Positions 1 to 9,546 of a stretch of DNA of 64,000 bases are shown here, in pieces; position 1 is the stretch's first letter; the number at the start of each line of letters is the position of its first letter. This stretch comes from Sedimentisphaerales bacterium (GTDB lineage Bacteria; Planctomycetota; Phycisphaerae; Sedimentisphaerales; SM23-30): positions 2,753 through 66,752 of the forward strand of contig JAFGKT010000064.1 in assembly GCA_016928435.1 (NCBI GenBank), in the 5' to 3' direction. The notes under the pieces are model-generated. The model ran no database searches and was not told the origin of the DNA. It worked only from the letters and a program-made list of their open reading frames with translations. Both the position numbers and the translations under genes were made by a program.

Positions 1-2909
1 AAAGTAAGGGGAAGGTGGCGGAGTTATTGGGGGCGTTTTTAGAGCAGGAAGGGGAGCGGATAACGGCGGCGCGGATATTGGCGGAACGGATGGCAGCAAT
101 AGCACGGCTGCTGCGGGGAATGATAGAAACTACGTTTGAGGCGGAAGGTGAGAAGGGGTCTTTGCATGGGCAGTTGGAAGCGTTTAGGAAGGTGCTGCTG
201 CATGACTTGGAGGAGAAGGAATTCGCGGATATGTACGCGCAGACAATATGTTATGGACTGTTCGCAGCGCGTTGCCATATTAATGATATGAGTTTGATGG
301 GGAAAGATGAACACGCGGTTTTTCATGGGCGGGACGGCAAGCGGGAAGAATTTACACGAGAGCACGCGGGGTATTTGCTGCCTAAGACGAATCCGTTTTT
401 GCAGAAGTTGTTCCATCATATCGCGGGGCCTGACTTGCCGAGTGAGATAGCTTGGCTGGTGGATGATTTGGTGGCGGTGTTGCAACGGGCGGCGATGGAT
501 AAGGTATTGAAGGGGTTCGCAAAGGAAAGTAAGCGAAAGGATCCGGTGATCCATTTTTATGAAACGTTTTTGGCAGAGTATGACCGGAAGTTGCGGGAGA
601 GCCGGGGGGTTTATTATACGCCGGAGCCGGTGGTGGGGTATATTGTGCGGAGTGTGGATTATATTTTGCGGACGCGGTTTGGATTGAAGAAGGGTTTGGC
701 GGATGAGAGTAAGGTGCGGCTGAAGGTGGAGCGGGACAAGAAACAGGGCAAGGGCAAGACGGTTGACTGGAAGGAAATACATAAGCTGTTGATACTGGAT
801 CCGGCGACGGGGACAGGGACGTTTTTGCATGAGGTGGTGGAACAGATACACAAGAAGTTTGCACGGAACAAGGGGGTTTGGAATGGGTATGTGCGGGATC
901 ATTTATTGCCGCGAGTTTATGGGTTTGAGCTGATGATGGCACCGTACGCGATGGCGCATATGAAGATGGGGTTGCAGTTGGCGGAGAGTGGGTATGACTT
1001 TGGCAGTGATGAACGGCTGCGGATATTTTTGACGAATACGTTGGAAGAAGCGGGGGAGGTGTCGGATAGCTTGTTCGCCCATTTTCTTACGGAAGAAGCA
1101 CGAAAGGCAAATGAGGTAAAGAGAGATTTACCGGTGATGGTGGTATTGGGTAATCCGCCTTACTCAGGACTTTCGGCAAATATGAATGAATGGACAGAAA
1201 CACTGTTGAAACAGAAGTTGCCGGGGGAGAACGGGGCACAGAGTTACTATGAAGTAGATGGACAGCCATTGGGGGAAAAGAAAGTATGGCTCCAAGATGA
1301 TTATGTGAAGTTCATCCGGTTTGGGCAGTGGCGAATTGAGCAGACGGGAAGCGGAGTGATGGCATTCATCACGAATCATGGTTATCTAGATAATCCTACA
1401 TTCCGAGGGATGCGACAAAGTTTACTGCAAACGTTTGATGAAATCTACATTGTGGACTTGCATGGAAACAACAAAAAAAAGGAAACGTGTCCTGATGGAT
1501 CGGCCGACAAAAACGTATTTGATATTCAACAGGGTGTGGCCATTGGGATATTTATAAAGAACGGTGCAAAGGGCAAGAATGGTATAGTGTACCATACGGA
1601 TTCATATGGAACACGTGAAACAAAATACGAATGGCTTGCCAGTAATGATATGGAGAAAACACAATGGACATGTTTGAGCCCAAATTCGCCATATTATTTC
1701 TTCGTTCCGAAGGATGAAAAAGTAAGAGGGGAATATGAAAGGTATTCAAAGATTGTTGATATTATGCCGGTGAATTCATCGGGAATAGTGACCGCACGAG
1801 ACAGTTTTGTCGTGGAATTTGATGAGAATGTTCTAGTAGAACGGATAGGTGAATTTCGTATCCCAGAGCTCAGTGATGGTGATATACGAAATAGGTATTT
1901 TCAGGGCAAGGGGTCAGCGAAGTATTTGCCGGGTGATACACGGAGTTGGAAGATTGCTGAAGTGCGGAAGAAGGTTGCGTCAGATCCGGATTGGAAAATC
2001 AGAGCAAGAGATTTGCTTTATCGACCATTTGACACGCGAAAAGTGTACTATACCGAGTGGATGGTTGACTGGCCAAGAACAGAGATTATGGGGCATATGT
2101 TGGCTCGTGAGAATCTGGGATTAGGCACTACGCGTTCGATTGAAATAGGGAGGGGATGGGAGCATGTTTTCTGTACGAAGAATATGATTCAACATCATAC
2201 TGTCTCTCTGAAAGAAGTAAATTATCTTTTTCCTCTTTACCTTTACCCCAGTGAAGCGAATCAGGATTTATTTGATGCTGAGGATGGTGGCGAAGGTGAA
2301 GGGGGAAGAAAAGCGAATTTGAATGAGGATTATGTAGCGGAGTTAGCGGGCAAGGTTAAGATGGAGTATGTGGGGGACGGCAGAGGCGATTTGAAGGGGA
2401 GTTTTGGTCCTGAGGACGTATTGGCTTATATATATGGTGTGTTTCACAGTATGGCTTATCGGGCGCGGTACGCGGAGTTTTTGAAGATTGATTTTCCTCG
2501 GGTTCCTTGGCCTAGCGGCAAGGTTATGTTTCGGAAGTTTGCGGAGGCGGGTCATGAGTTGATGGGATTGCATTTGTTGGAGGCGGCGGTGTTGGAGGAT
2601 GAGGGGCGTCGGCCGCGGTTTGATGTGGAAGGTGATATGGAGGTGGCGAAGGGTTATCCGAAGTATGTGGCGAAGGCAGGGGAAGCGGGGAAGGTTTATA
2701 TAAACGGAGAGCAGTATTTTGAGGGGGTAGAGAAGGCGGTTTGGGAGTTTCAGGTTGGGGGTTATCAGGTATGTGAGAAGTGGTTGAAGGATAGGCGGGG
2801 GCGAAAGTTGAGTTATGATGATATCGATCATTATCAGAAGGTGGCGGCGGCGCTGGGTGAGACGGTGCGGATAATGGGTCAGCGGTTTATGGATGAGCCT
2901 TGGGAGTGA
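1..2909 (+). CDS. N6-adenine DNA methyltransferase module of a type ISP / type IIG-like restriction-modification enzyme (5' end probably outside window)
   Basis: Track ORF 15..2909 stays open in frame back to base 3. AdoMet motif I LLILDPATGTGTF (786-824). Motif IV NPPY (1152-1163). C-terminal block IDFPRVPWP ... GGYQVCEKWLKDRRGRKLSYDDIDHY, which I recognise from type ISP/IIG enzymes. Confidence 0.8.
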   Translation, partial: SKGKVAELLGAFLEQEGERITAARILAERMAAIARLLRGMIETTFEAEGEKGSLHGQLEAFRKVLLHDLEEKEFADMYAQTICYGLFAARCHINDMSLMGKDEHAVFHGRDGKREEFTREHAGYLLPKTNPFLQKLFHHIAGPDLPSEIAWLVDDLVAVLQRAAMDKVLKGFAKESKRKDPVIHFYETFLAEYDRKLRESRGVYYTPEPVVGYIVRSVDYILRTRFGLKKGLADESKVRLKVERDKKQGKGKTVDWKEIHKLLILDPATGTGTFLHEVVEQIHKKFARNKGVWNGYVRDHLLPRVYGFELMMAPYAMAHMKMGLQLAESGYDFGSDERLRIFLTNTLEEAGEVSDSLFAHFLTEEARKANEVKRDLPVMVVLGNPPYSGLSANMNEWTETLLKQKLPGENGAQSYYEVDGQPLGEKKVWLQDDYVKFIRFGQWRIEQTGSGVMAFITNHGYLDNPTFRGMRQSLLQTFDEIYIVDLHGNNKKKETCPDGSADKNVFDIQQGVAIGIFIKNGAKGKNGIVYHTDSYGTRETKYEWLASNDMEKTQWTCLSPNSPYYFFVPKDEKVRGEYERYSKIVDIMPVNSSGIVTARDSFVVEFDENVLVERIGEFRIPELSDGDIRNRYFQGKGSAKYLPGDTRSWKIAEVRKKVASDPDWKIRARDLLYRPFDTRKVYYTEWMVDWPRTEIMGHMLARENLGLGTTRSIEIGRGWEHVFCTKNMIQHHTVSLKEVNYLFPLYLYPSEANQDLFDAEDGGEGEGGRKANLNEDYVAELAGKVKMEYVGDGRGDLKGSFGPEDVLAYIYGVFHSMAYRARYAEFLKIDFPRVPWPSGKVMFRKFAEAGHELMGLHLLEAAVLEDEGRRPRFDVEGDMEVAKGYPKYVAKAGEAGKVYINGEQYFEGVEKAVWEFQVGGYQVCEKWLKDRRGRKLSYDDIDHYQKVAAALGETVRIMGQRFMDEPWE

Positions 2910-3072
2910 TGGTTGTTGATGTTCGAACCTCCGAGTGAGTGACTCGGGGGCTAACTGGGTGTTGTGCCATAGTATCATCTTGACCTAATGGCAGATGAGT
3001 TGTTAGAATAATCATGCGGATTGGCTGTAGGGGGGTATGCATTGCGATTTTTGGTATTTTAGAAGTTAGGAT

Positions 3073-4092
3073 TTGGATTTGGCGACATTGAAAGATATTG
3101 CGGAGGCGTTGAATTTGTCGCGGCAGACGGTGTCGCAGATATTGCGGAATCCGAGCCACAATTCTTATTCGGCGGAGACACGTAAAAAGGTTTTGAATGT
3201 TGCCAAGGAGTTGAATTATGTGCCGAATATTTTGGCGCGCGGGTTGGCGCAGGGCAAGACGCATGTTTTGAGTATGGTTGTGCCTTGGAATACTCCGGAA
3301 CTGATGGACACGGCTCAGCGGTCGGCGAAGCAGTTTGGTTATGGTATGATGGTGCAGTTTACGCCGACGCCTGATGTTGAATCGGAAGTTAAGGAGTTGA
3401 TGATCGCGGCGGAACGTCGGGTGGATGGAATCATCTGGATGCCGGTGGTTACTGAGCCGAACCCGACGCGGAGCAAAGTACTGGCGCAAATCCAGGGGAT
3501 GGGCTTGCGAATTGTTTTATTAGAAACATGGGCGCCGGAATTAGCGGAGGCTGATACGGTGCGTTTTGACTATAGCAGCGGAGCTAGGCAGGCGGTTGAA
3601 CACCTTAAGGGACAAGGTTATGAGTTAGTTGTGGCTGTGAGTCATACGAAACACGATCCGCATGATGATCGTGATGAAAGTTTTTTGCAGGCTTGCCGAG
3701 ACTGTGGAGTTGAAGGGCGGTTAGTTTGTGCTGAACCTATGCAATGCACCCCGGATGTTATTGTTCCGATTCTCGATGATGCTCGGTGTCCGGTGGCTTT
3801 TTACTGCGATACTGATTTGTTTGCCCTGGATGTGCTGATGATAGTCAAGGGACAGGGTAAAATTTTGCCGGAGGATGTCGGGGTTGTCGCGGTGGGTGAT
3901 CTGATGATCGGTAATAGGTACCGTACGGGAGAATTGGCGCATCCGAAACTGACTGCTGTGCCGCGTCCCTTTGGCGCGATGGCGGAGCGGGCAATCGATT
4001 TGCTGGTGCGAAAGAAGTCGGATGATGGGCCGCAACATGTGACGATTCCGATGTCTTTGACTGAACGGGATTCGACCAGGCGACGGGGATGA
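3073..4092 (+). CDS. LacI family transcriptional regulator
   Basis: N-terminal HTH ATLKDIAEALNLSRQTVSQILRN followed by a periplasmic-binding-protein-like ligand domain. TTG start per track. Confidence 0.85.
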   Translation: MDLATLKDIAEALNLSRQTVSQILRNPSHNSYSAETRKKVLNVAKELNYVPNILARGLAQGKTHVLSMVVPWNTPELMDTAQRSAKQFGYGMMVQFTPTPDVESEVKELMIAAERRVDGIIWMPVVTEPNPTRSKVLAQIQGMGLRIVLLETWAPELAEADTVRFDYSSGARQAVEHLKGQGYELVVAVSHTKHDPHDDRDESFLQACRDCGVEGRLVCAEPMQCTPDVIVPILDDARCPVAFYCDTDLFALDVLMIVKGQGKILPEDVGVVAVGDLMIGNRYRTGELAHPKLTAVPRPFGAMAERAIDLLVRKKSDDGPQHVTIPMSLTERDSTRRRG

Positions 4093-4227
4093 CGGGACGG
4101 GGCGTTTGGATGGTAGGGGTTTGTTTGGGTTTTTGGTGGACATGGGGGTGGTTTGGGTTTACAAATGGAGGATAGTTGGGCGGGGATGGTGCAGGTTTGC
4201 GAGTAGTGCTGAGATGGGGTATGGCGG

Positions 4228-4716
4228 ATGAAGGTATTAGGTGTTGATCCGGGATTGCGGACGAGCGGCTACGCGGTGGTGGAGTCGCGTGGGCGTGGTT
4301 TGACGATTTTGGACGCTGGGGTTTTTCGGGCGGATGTGAAGTTGGCTTTGGCGGCGCGGTTGGGGCAGTTGTATGATGATGTTTCTCGGTTGTTGGATGA
4401 GCATAGGCCGGGCGTGATGGCGGTGGAGGAGTTGTATGCTCATTACAAGCATCCGCGGACGGCGATACTGATGGGTCATGCTCGCGGGGTGTTTTTGCTG
4501 GCGGCGCATGAGCGGGAAGTGCCGGTTTATGGTTTCGCGGCAACACGGATCAAGAAGAGTTTGACGGGCAATGGTCGGGCGAGTAAGGAACAGATGCAGC
4601 GGGCGGTGCAGTTGCAGTTGGGGTTGGCGGCGGTGCCGAGGCCGGCTGATGTGGCCGATGCGCTGGCGATAGCGATGTGCTGTTTGAATGAAAGACGCTT
4701 GGAAAGTTTGGCGTGA
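4228..4716 (+). CDS. ruvC: Crossover junction endodeoxyribonuclease RuvC
   Basis: MKVLGVDPGLRTSGYAVVE N-terminus, about 160 aa, directly upstream of ruvA-ruvB. Confidence 0.93.
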   Translation: MKVLGVDPGLRTSGYAVVESRGRGLTILDAGVFRADVKLALAARLGQLYDDVSRLLDEHRPGVMAVEELYAHYKHPRTAILMGHARGVFLLAAHEREVPVYGFAATRIKKSLTGNGRASKEQMQRAVQLQLGLAAVPRPADVADALAIAMCCLNERRLESLA

Positions 4717-4741
4717 CGGTGAAGATTAACAGCAGGAGAGT

Positions 4742-5374
4742 ATGCTTAAGATGATAGCGCGGATAATTGGGATATTGGAAGAGCTGGATACCGATAGCAA
4801 TGTGGCGTTGGTGGAGGTGGGGCAGTTGGGTTATGAGGTGATGGTGCCGGGCTATGCGGTGAGTGATTTGTCGGCGCGGGTGGGGCGCGAGGTAGTGCTG
4901 TATTGTTTGGAATATTATGAGGCGAGCGGCGGGATTGGGGGGAATTTGATACCGCGGATAATAGGGTTTCCGCAGGCGCAGGACAAACAGTTTTTTCAGC
5001 GGTTTATTAAGGTTAAGGGGATTGGGGTGCGTAAGGCGTTACGGGCGTTGTCACGACCGATCGGGGAGATCGCGGTCGAGATAGAAACCGGGGACACCAA
5101 GATGCTGGCTACGCTGCCTGAGATTGGCAAGCGCACGGCGGAGCAGATTGTGGCCGAGCTTAAGGGCAAGGTGGAGTTGTTCGCGTTGTCGGGCAAACAT
5201 TTGGTGGCGGAGCATAAGCCGTTGAGCGATGCGGCTCGGGAAGCGCTGGTAATTCTGCTTCAGTTAGGCGAGAAGGAAGTCGAAGCCGAAGCATTGATTC
5301 AGCAGGTGTTGGAGGATAAACCTGAGATAACTACGGACGCGTTGGTGCAGGCGGTGTATCGCTTAAAAGGTTAA
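4742..5374 (+). CDS. ruvA: Holliday junction branch migration complex subunit RuvA
   Basis: MIARIIG..., HhH region KVKGIGVRKALRAL / LPEIGKRTAEQIV, 3-domain size. Alternative ATG at 4751. Confidence 0.9.
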   Translation: MLKMIARIIGILEELDTDSNVALVEVGQLGYEVMVPGYAVSDLSARVGREVVLYCLEYYEASGGIGGNLIPRIIGFPQAQDKQFFQRFIKVKGIGVRKALRALSRPIGEIAVEIETGDTKMLATLPEIGKRTAEQIVAELKGKVELFALSGKHLVAEHKPLSDAAREALVILLQLGEKEVEAEALIQQVLEDKPEITTDALVQAVYRLKG

Positions 5375-5416
5375 GCGCTTCAGGACAGATTAGCGCCTTG
5401 AGATATAAGGAACGAT

Positions 5417-6454
5417 ATGGCGATAGAACGGATAATTGACGGCGGGTCGCGGGGCGGTGATGAGGATCATTATGATTTGGCGTTGCGGCCTCAGTCGTTG
5501 GATGAATGTATTGGTCAGGAGAAGCTGTTGGCGAAGATAAAGATTGCGCTGACGGCGGCGAAGCAGCGTAATGAGCCGGTTGAGCATATATTGCTGCATG
5601 GCCCGCCGGGGTTGGGCAAGACTACGCTGGCGCATGTGATCGCGCATGAGATGGGGGCGCATTTGAAGACCAGCAGCGGGCCGGCGCTGGTGCGTACGGG
5701 GGACTTGATGGGGATACTGACGAATTTGCAGCACGGGGATGTTCTGTTTATCGATGAGATTCATCGGTTGCCGACGGTTGTGGAGGAGTTTATTTATCCA
5801 GCGATGGAAGACTTCAAGGTGGACTTTACGGTCGATAGCGGCATGCATGCGAAAACGATTAATATTCCGTTGCAGCCTTTTACGTTGATTGGGGCGACGA
5901 CGCGGGCGGGGCTGATTTCGTCGCCGTTGCGGGCGCGGTTTGGGATACAGCATCATTTGGAGTTTTGGTCGTTGGAGAATTTGCAGCAGTGTTTGCAGCG
6001 TTCGGCGCGGATGCTGGGGGTGGAGTGTAAGGAAGAGGCGTTGGAGGTGATTAGCAGTTGCTGCCGGGGTACGCCTCGGATTGCGAACCGTTTGCTGCGG
6101 CGGGTGCGCGATTACGCCCAGGTGCGCGGAGATGGCAAGGTGACAACGGAGTTGGCGCGAGCGGCGCTGCGGATGGAAGAGATTGATGAATTGGGGTTGG
6201 ATCGGTTGGATAGGGCGTTTTTGGAGAGTTTGATTACGACGTATAAAGGCGGCCCGGCAGGTATAGAGGCGCTCGCGGCAACGCTGGGTCAGGAGCGCGA
6301 TACGCTTGAAGATGTGGTGGAGCCGTATTTACTGCAGATTGGTTTTGTGGCGCGGACACGACAAGGGCGGGTAGCTACGGACGCGGCATATGGGCATTTG
6401 GGAATTAAGCCCAGTGGTCGCAAGGTGGTGGATGATGAGGGGTTGTTTGATTAG
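5417..6454 (+). CDS. ruvB: Holliday junction DNA helicase RuvB
   Basis: AAA+ Walker A GPPGLGKTTLA, Walker [26 protein letters not shown] winged-helix motif. Confidence 0.96.
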   Translation: MAIERIIDGGSRGGDEDHYDLALRPQSLDECIGQEKLLAKIKIALTAAKQRNEPVEHILLHGPPGLGKTTLAHVIAHEMGAHLKTSSGPALVRTGDLMGILTNLQHGDVLFIDEIHRLPTVVEEFIYPAMEDFKVDFTVDSGMHAKTINIPLQPFTLIGATTRAGLISSPLRARFGIQHHLEFWSLENLQQCLQRSARMLGVECKEEALEVISSCCRGTPRIANRLLRRVRDYAQVRGDGKVTTELARAALRMEEIDELGLDRLDRAFLESLITTYKGGPAGIEALAATLGQERDTLEDVVEPYLLQIGFVARTRQGRVATDAAYGHLGIKPSGRKVVDDEGLFD

Positions 6455-6551
6455 AGGGGGGTTGAGAAATCCTAACGGACAGTGGAAGATAGGTGGTTTT
6501 GATTATGATTGCAGGCTCCTCACGCATGTCATGATCAAGAGGAGGTGAATT

Positions 6552-6803
6552 GTGAAATATGTATTTGCCGTGTTTGGAGTCTTGGTGATATTATGCACTT
6601 CATTCTTTTGTGGAATAGCGTTGGGGGATTACATTCACCCATTTATGCTAATTTGTGTTATATTCGCGATAGACGCGATATGTTTTAGTACAGAAAAGTT
6701 GCGCAGCCTTCTTAATCTTGTAGCTGTGGTTGTTCTTTCATTAGCGTTTATATGTGGTTATTGCCTTGGCTATGTTGCGCCTGGCATTGGCTTTCATCCA
6801 TAG
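6552..6803 (+). CDS. Hypothetical small membrane protein (3 predicted TM segments)
   Basis: GTG-start ORF in an AT-rich islet. Hydrophobic segments are present but no recognisable family. Confidence 0.35.
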   Translation: MKYVFAVFGVLVILCTSFFCGIALGDYIHPFMLICVIFAIDAICFSTEKLRSLLNLVAVVVLSLAFICGYCLGYVAPGIGFHP

Positions 6804-7035
6804 AAGGTTAGTAATTGACCACGAGGCTTGTGTTTTTGTTATATAGAATATCTAGTCACTCAACTGGGCATAGAGAGTTCGCAAGATACATTGTCTTGTC
6901 AGATTGATTCCTAGGGTCGTTTTGAAGAACTGGAGTCCAGAGGGTTTGTACATTAGCATATTGGTTGATTGAAGGCAGTGAGTTTTGACGACCCCCTGAC
7001 AGGTCAGGGGGCTAACTCTGCGGATGATTGTGAGA

Positions 7036-8412
7036 TTAGTGAGCGACGGGGGTGCCGAGGACGGATTTGAGGTCGTCGAGTTTTTGGTCGAGGGTGTCGG
7101 GGGTTTTGGCTTCGACGTTTAGGCGCAGGAGCGGTTCGGTGTTGGAGGGGCGGACGTTGAACCACCAGTCTTGATATTGGACGGTAACGCCGTCTAGGTG
7201 ATCGATTTGGGCGTCGCTGTATTTTTGGGCGAGTTGGTCCATTGCTGCTTGTTTGTCTTCGACTTCGAAGTTCATTTCGCCTGATGATGAATAGCGGCGG
7301 AGGGGTTTGAGGATTTCGCTCATGGGTTTGTCATTCATGGAGAGGACGTTGATGAGATGGGATAGGGTTATCATGCCGGAGTCTGCGAAGTAGTTATCGC
7401 GATAGTAGAAGTGGCCGGACAGTTCACCGCCGAATACTGCTTTGGTGTCTTTAAGGGTTTTTTTCATGAACGCGTGGCCGACCCGGTCGCGACGGGGGAT
7501 GCCTCCGTGGTTAGCTACTTCTTCTTTGACGACCCAACTGGAACGCAGATCGTAAACGATGGTTGAGCCGGGATTTTTTTCGAGGAAGTAATTTGCGAAC
7601 ATCGCGGTGAGGATATCGCAGCCGACGGTTTGGCCGGTCTCGTCGATAACGATAAGGCGGTCGGCGTCACCATCGAAGCAAATACCGACGTCAGCTTTTT
7701 TGTCGATAACGGTTTGTTTTAGTTCGGCGAGATTAGATTCGACTAGGGGATTGGGGTCGTGTTTGAAAGTGCCATCGTGGGTGAAGTTTAGCGTAGTGAG
7801 ATCGAGGTTGAGGTCGCCGAATATTGCGGGTACTGATTTACCGGCCATGCCGTTGGAGGCATCGATGACAATTTTAAGTTTTTTGTAGTTGGGCTGGAGG
7901 AAGTTTAGAACGTGGCGGCGATATGGATCGGTGAGGTCTTGCTGGGTTACGGATCCGTTGCCGGCCGCGGCTTTGTGGCGCAGGGCCAGGGCGATATGTT
8001 GGATTTCCTTTAGGCCGGTATCTGCGCCGACGGGTCGGGCGTTTTGGCCTGAAATTTTGCAGCCGTTATATTGAGCGGGGTTGTGGCTGGCGGTGATTTG
8101 AACGCCGCCGCATGTCTGGAGGTGGTTGATAGCGAAGTAGATTTGAGGAGTGTCTATCATACCGATATCGATGACGTTGGCGCCGGAAGCGTTCATGCCG
8201 GCAATGAGCGCTTCAGCCAGGGCAGGGCTATGAGATCGCATATCACGACCGACGACAAGAGACTGGGCGTTGCTTTGACCTCGCTGAATGCCCTGAAGTA
8301 GGGAGCGGAGGAACTGAGCGGTGGCGTGGCCGATTTTCCAGGCGGCGTCTTCGTCGATCTGTTCAGGGTATAGGCCACGAATGTCATAAGCTTTGAAGAT
8401 TTTTGAGTCCAT
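7036..8412 (-). CDS. Phosphomannomutase/phosphoglucomutase (alpha-D-phosphohexomutase family)
   Basis: Active-site loop TASHNPAQYNG, metal loop FDGDADR, sugar loop GGELSGH. Confidence 0.92.
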   Translation of the reverse strand: MDSKIFKAYDIRGLYPEQIDEDAAWKIGHATAQFLRSLLQGIQRGQSNAQSLVVGRDMRSHSPALAEALIAGMNASGANVIDIGMIDTPQIYFAINHLQTCGGVQITASHNPAQYNGCKISGQNARPVGADTGLKEIQHIALALRHKAAAGNGSVTQQDLTDPYRRHVLNFLQPNYKKLKIVIDASNGMAGKSVPAIFGDLNLDLTTLNFTHDGTFKHDPNPLVESNLAELKQTVIDKKADVGICFDGDADRLIVIDETGQTVGCDILTAMFANYFLEKNPGSTIVYDLRSSWVVKEEVANHGGIPRRDRVGHAFMKKTLKDTKAVFGGELSGHFYYRDNYFADSGMITLSHLINVLSMNDKPMSEILKPLRRYSSSGEMNFEVEDKQAAMDQLAQKYSDAQIDHLDGVTVQYQDWWFNVRPSNTEPLLRLNVEAKTPDTLDQKLDDLKSVLGTPVAH

Positions 8413-8485
8413 GTTTGTGTCCTTGGTTAGTCCTATAGGGCTTGGTTACTTCAGGGATGGCTTGGGCGCCTTCGTTGGAATGACG

Positions 8486-8806
8486 CTAACGGAATAAATT
8501 GTCGTCGGGGTTATCGGAGTTCTCATCGATGTCGTCATCGTCATTGTTTTGATATTTCCAACTATCGGCATCATCAATGTCGTCCATTTCATGCTGCATA
8601 AATTTAAACATTTTTTCCTGCATAGGCGCGAGCTTGCGATACCAGTTGAGGGTGGCTTGGTAGCCTTGTACGAGGGCATCGAGACGGAGGAGTTGCCATT
8701 TTTGGAGGCATTCGGGTTCTTTGACGGTAGTGAAGGGGTTGCATTTGAGGGTAATGCGGCCGTTGGGTTCTTGGATGAAGAATTCGCAATCTTGGCATTG
8801 GATCAT
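8486..8806 (-). CDS. Hypothetical Cys-containing protein with acidic C-terminal tail
   Basis: The internal ATG at 8806 is preceded by AAGGA (reverse strand reads AAGGAAAATTACC-ATG). The track start at 8860 lacks an RBS. No family recognised. Confidence 0.5.
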   Translation of the reverse strand: MIQCQDCEFFIQEPNGRITLKCNPFTTVKEPECLQKWQLLRLDALVQGYQATLNWYRKLAPMQEKMFKFMQHEMDDIDDADSWKYQNNDDDDIDENSDNPDDNLFR

Positions 8807-9006
8807 GGTAATTTTCCTTAGAACCCCGTTAGGCCCAGCGCGATATTGGTCTGGCATCACATGTTTTTAGGTTCGTTTGGGTTATTAATAAGAGGTTGTA
8901 TGCTAAAGCAAAACGGGGGAGTAATCAAGAGCGGGCTGGGCGGGGGCGGTGATGTTTTGCATTGAGGCGCTATGGGATACTCTGTTTTAGGGCGCGATGG
9001 CAGATA

Positions 9007-9038
9007 CAAAAAAAAGAGGCAGGTTTTGGGCCTGCCTC
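9007..9038 (-). terminator. Rho-independent terminator downstream of flgM
   Basis: Stem GAGGCAGG (9016-9023) / CCTGCCTC (9031-9038). On the minus strand it is followed by a T8-9 run (plus-strand A run 9007-9015). Confidence 0.6.
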
Positions 9039-9255
9039 AATAAAGGAGTATGCTGTTAATCTAGGAGAATTTCGCCGGTGTCAGAAATCTTTACCACAGG
9101 CCATATTAAGCCAAAAACGGTGTTAATAGTGGTGGCAGCGGAGTTTTGACGCCGGCGTCAGGGTCTTGATTTTTTGAAAAGCGTTAGCGGTTGTATTGGT
9201 TTTAGAGCTATTATAAGGCTCTTTTAAGATTATTTTTGGAGTTAATTAAAATACT

Positions 9256-9546
9256 CTAGAGTTCTTCTTCGAGCATATTGTCGATAGCTTGGGAGAGTGC
9301 GGAATCCATATCGTAGTTGCCGTCCGCGAGTGCTTGGCGGATTTGTTCGACCTTTTCAAACCTGATATCGGGCATCTGCGCGATTTGGCTGAGATATCGG
9401 GCGATCGAAGAAATTTCGACTTGATCTGCTTTCTCACCAGGTTGCGAAGCTGGGGATGCCTGGGGCGCGGCGTCAGAGGATGCCGGCTTGGGGGCATTTA
9501 TAGACCCTAGCTTGGGATAGGAGTTTATGCCATTAATGTTGTTCAT
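9256..9546 (-). CDS. flgM: Anti-sigma-28 factor FlgM
   Basis: About 96 aa. C-terminal KVEQIRQALADGNYDMDSALSQAIDNMLEE matches the FlgM sigma-28-binding helices. ATG at 9546 is preceded by GGAAAGGAAAAA. Confidence 0.7.
   Translation of the reverse strand: MNNINGINSYPKLGSINAPKPASSDAAPQASPASQPGEKADQVEISSIARYLSQIAQMPDIRFEKVEQIRQALADGNYDMDSALSQAIDNMLEEEL

Noticed and set aside
39-4546. Long antisense track ORFs, for example 39..902, 382..942, 2343..2978, 2887..3489 and 3845..4546. Elsewhere also 19693..20382, 23135..23902, 24587..25411, 43801..44382 and 44711..45613.
   Set aside because: They lie opposite strongly supported genes and translate to P/R/H/S-rich low-complexity sequence. They are explained by the strong strand composition bias, which suppresses stop codons on the opposite strand.
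2946-7017. Shared 11-mer GGGGGCTAACT after hairpins at 2946-2956 and 7007-7017, plus GGGCTAAC at about 34552.
   Set aside because: Hundreds of 11-mer coincidences are expected by chance in 64 kb, and the surrounding sequences do not align.
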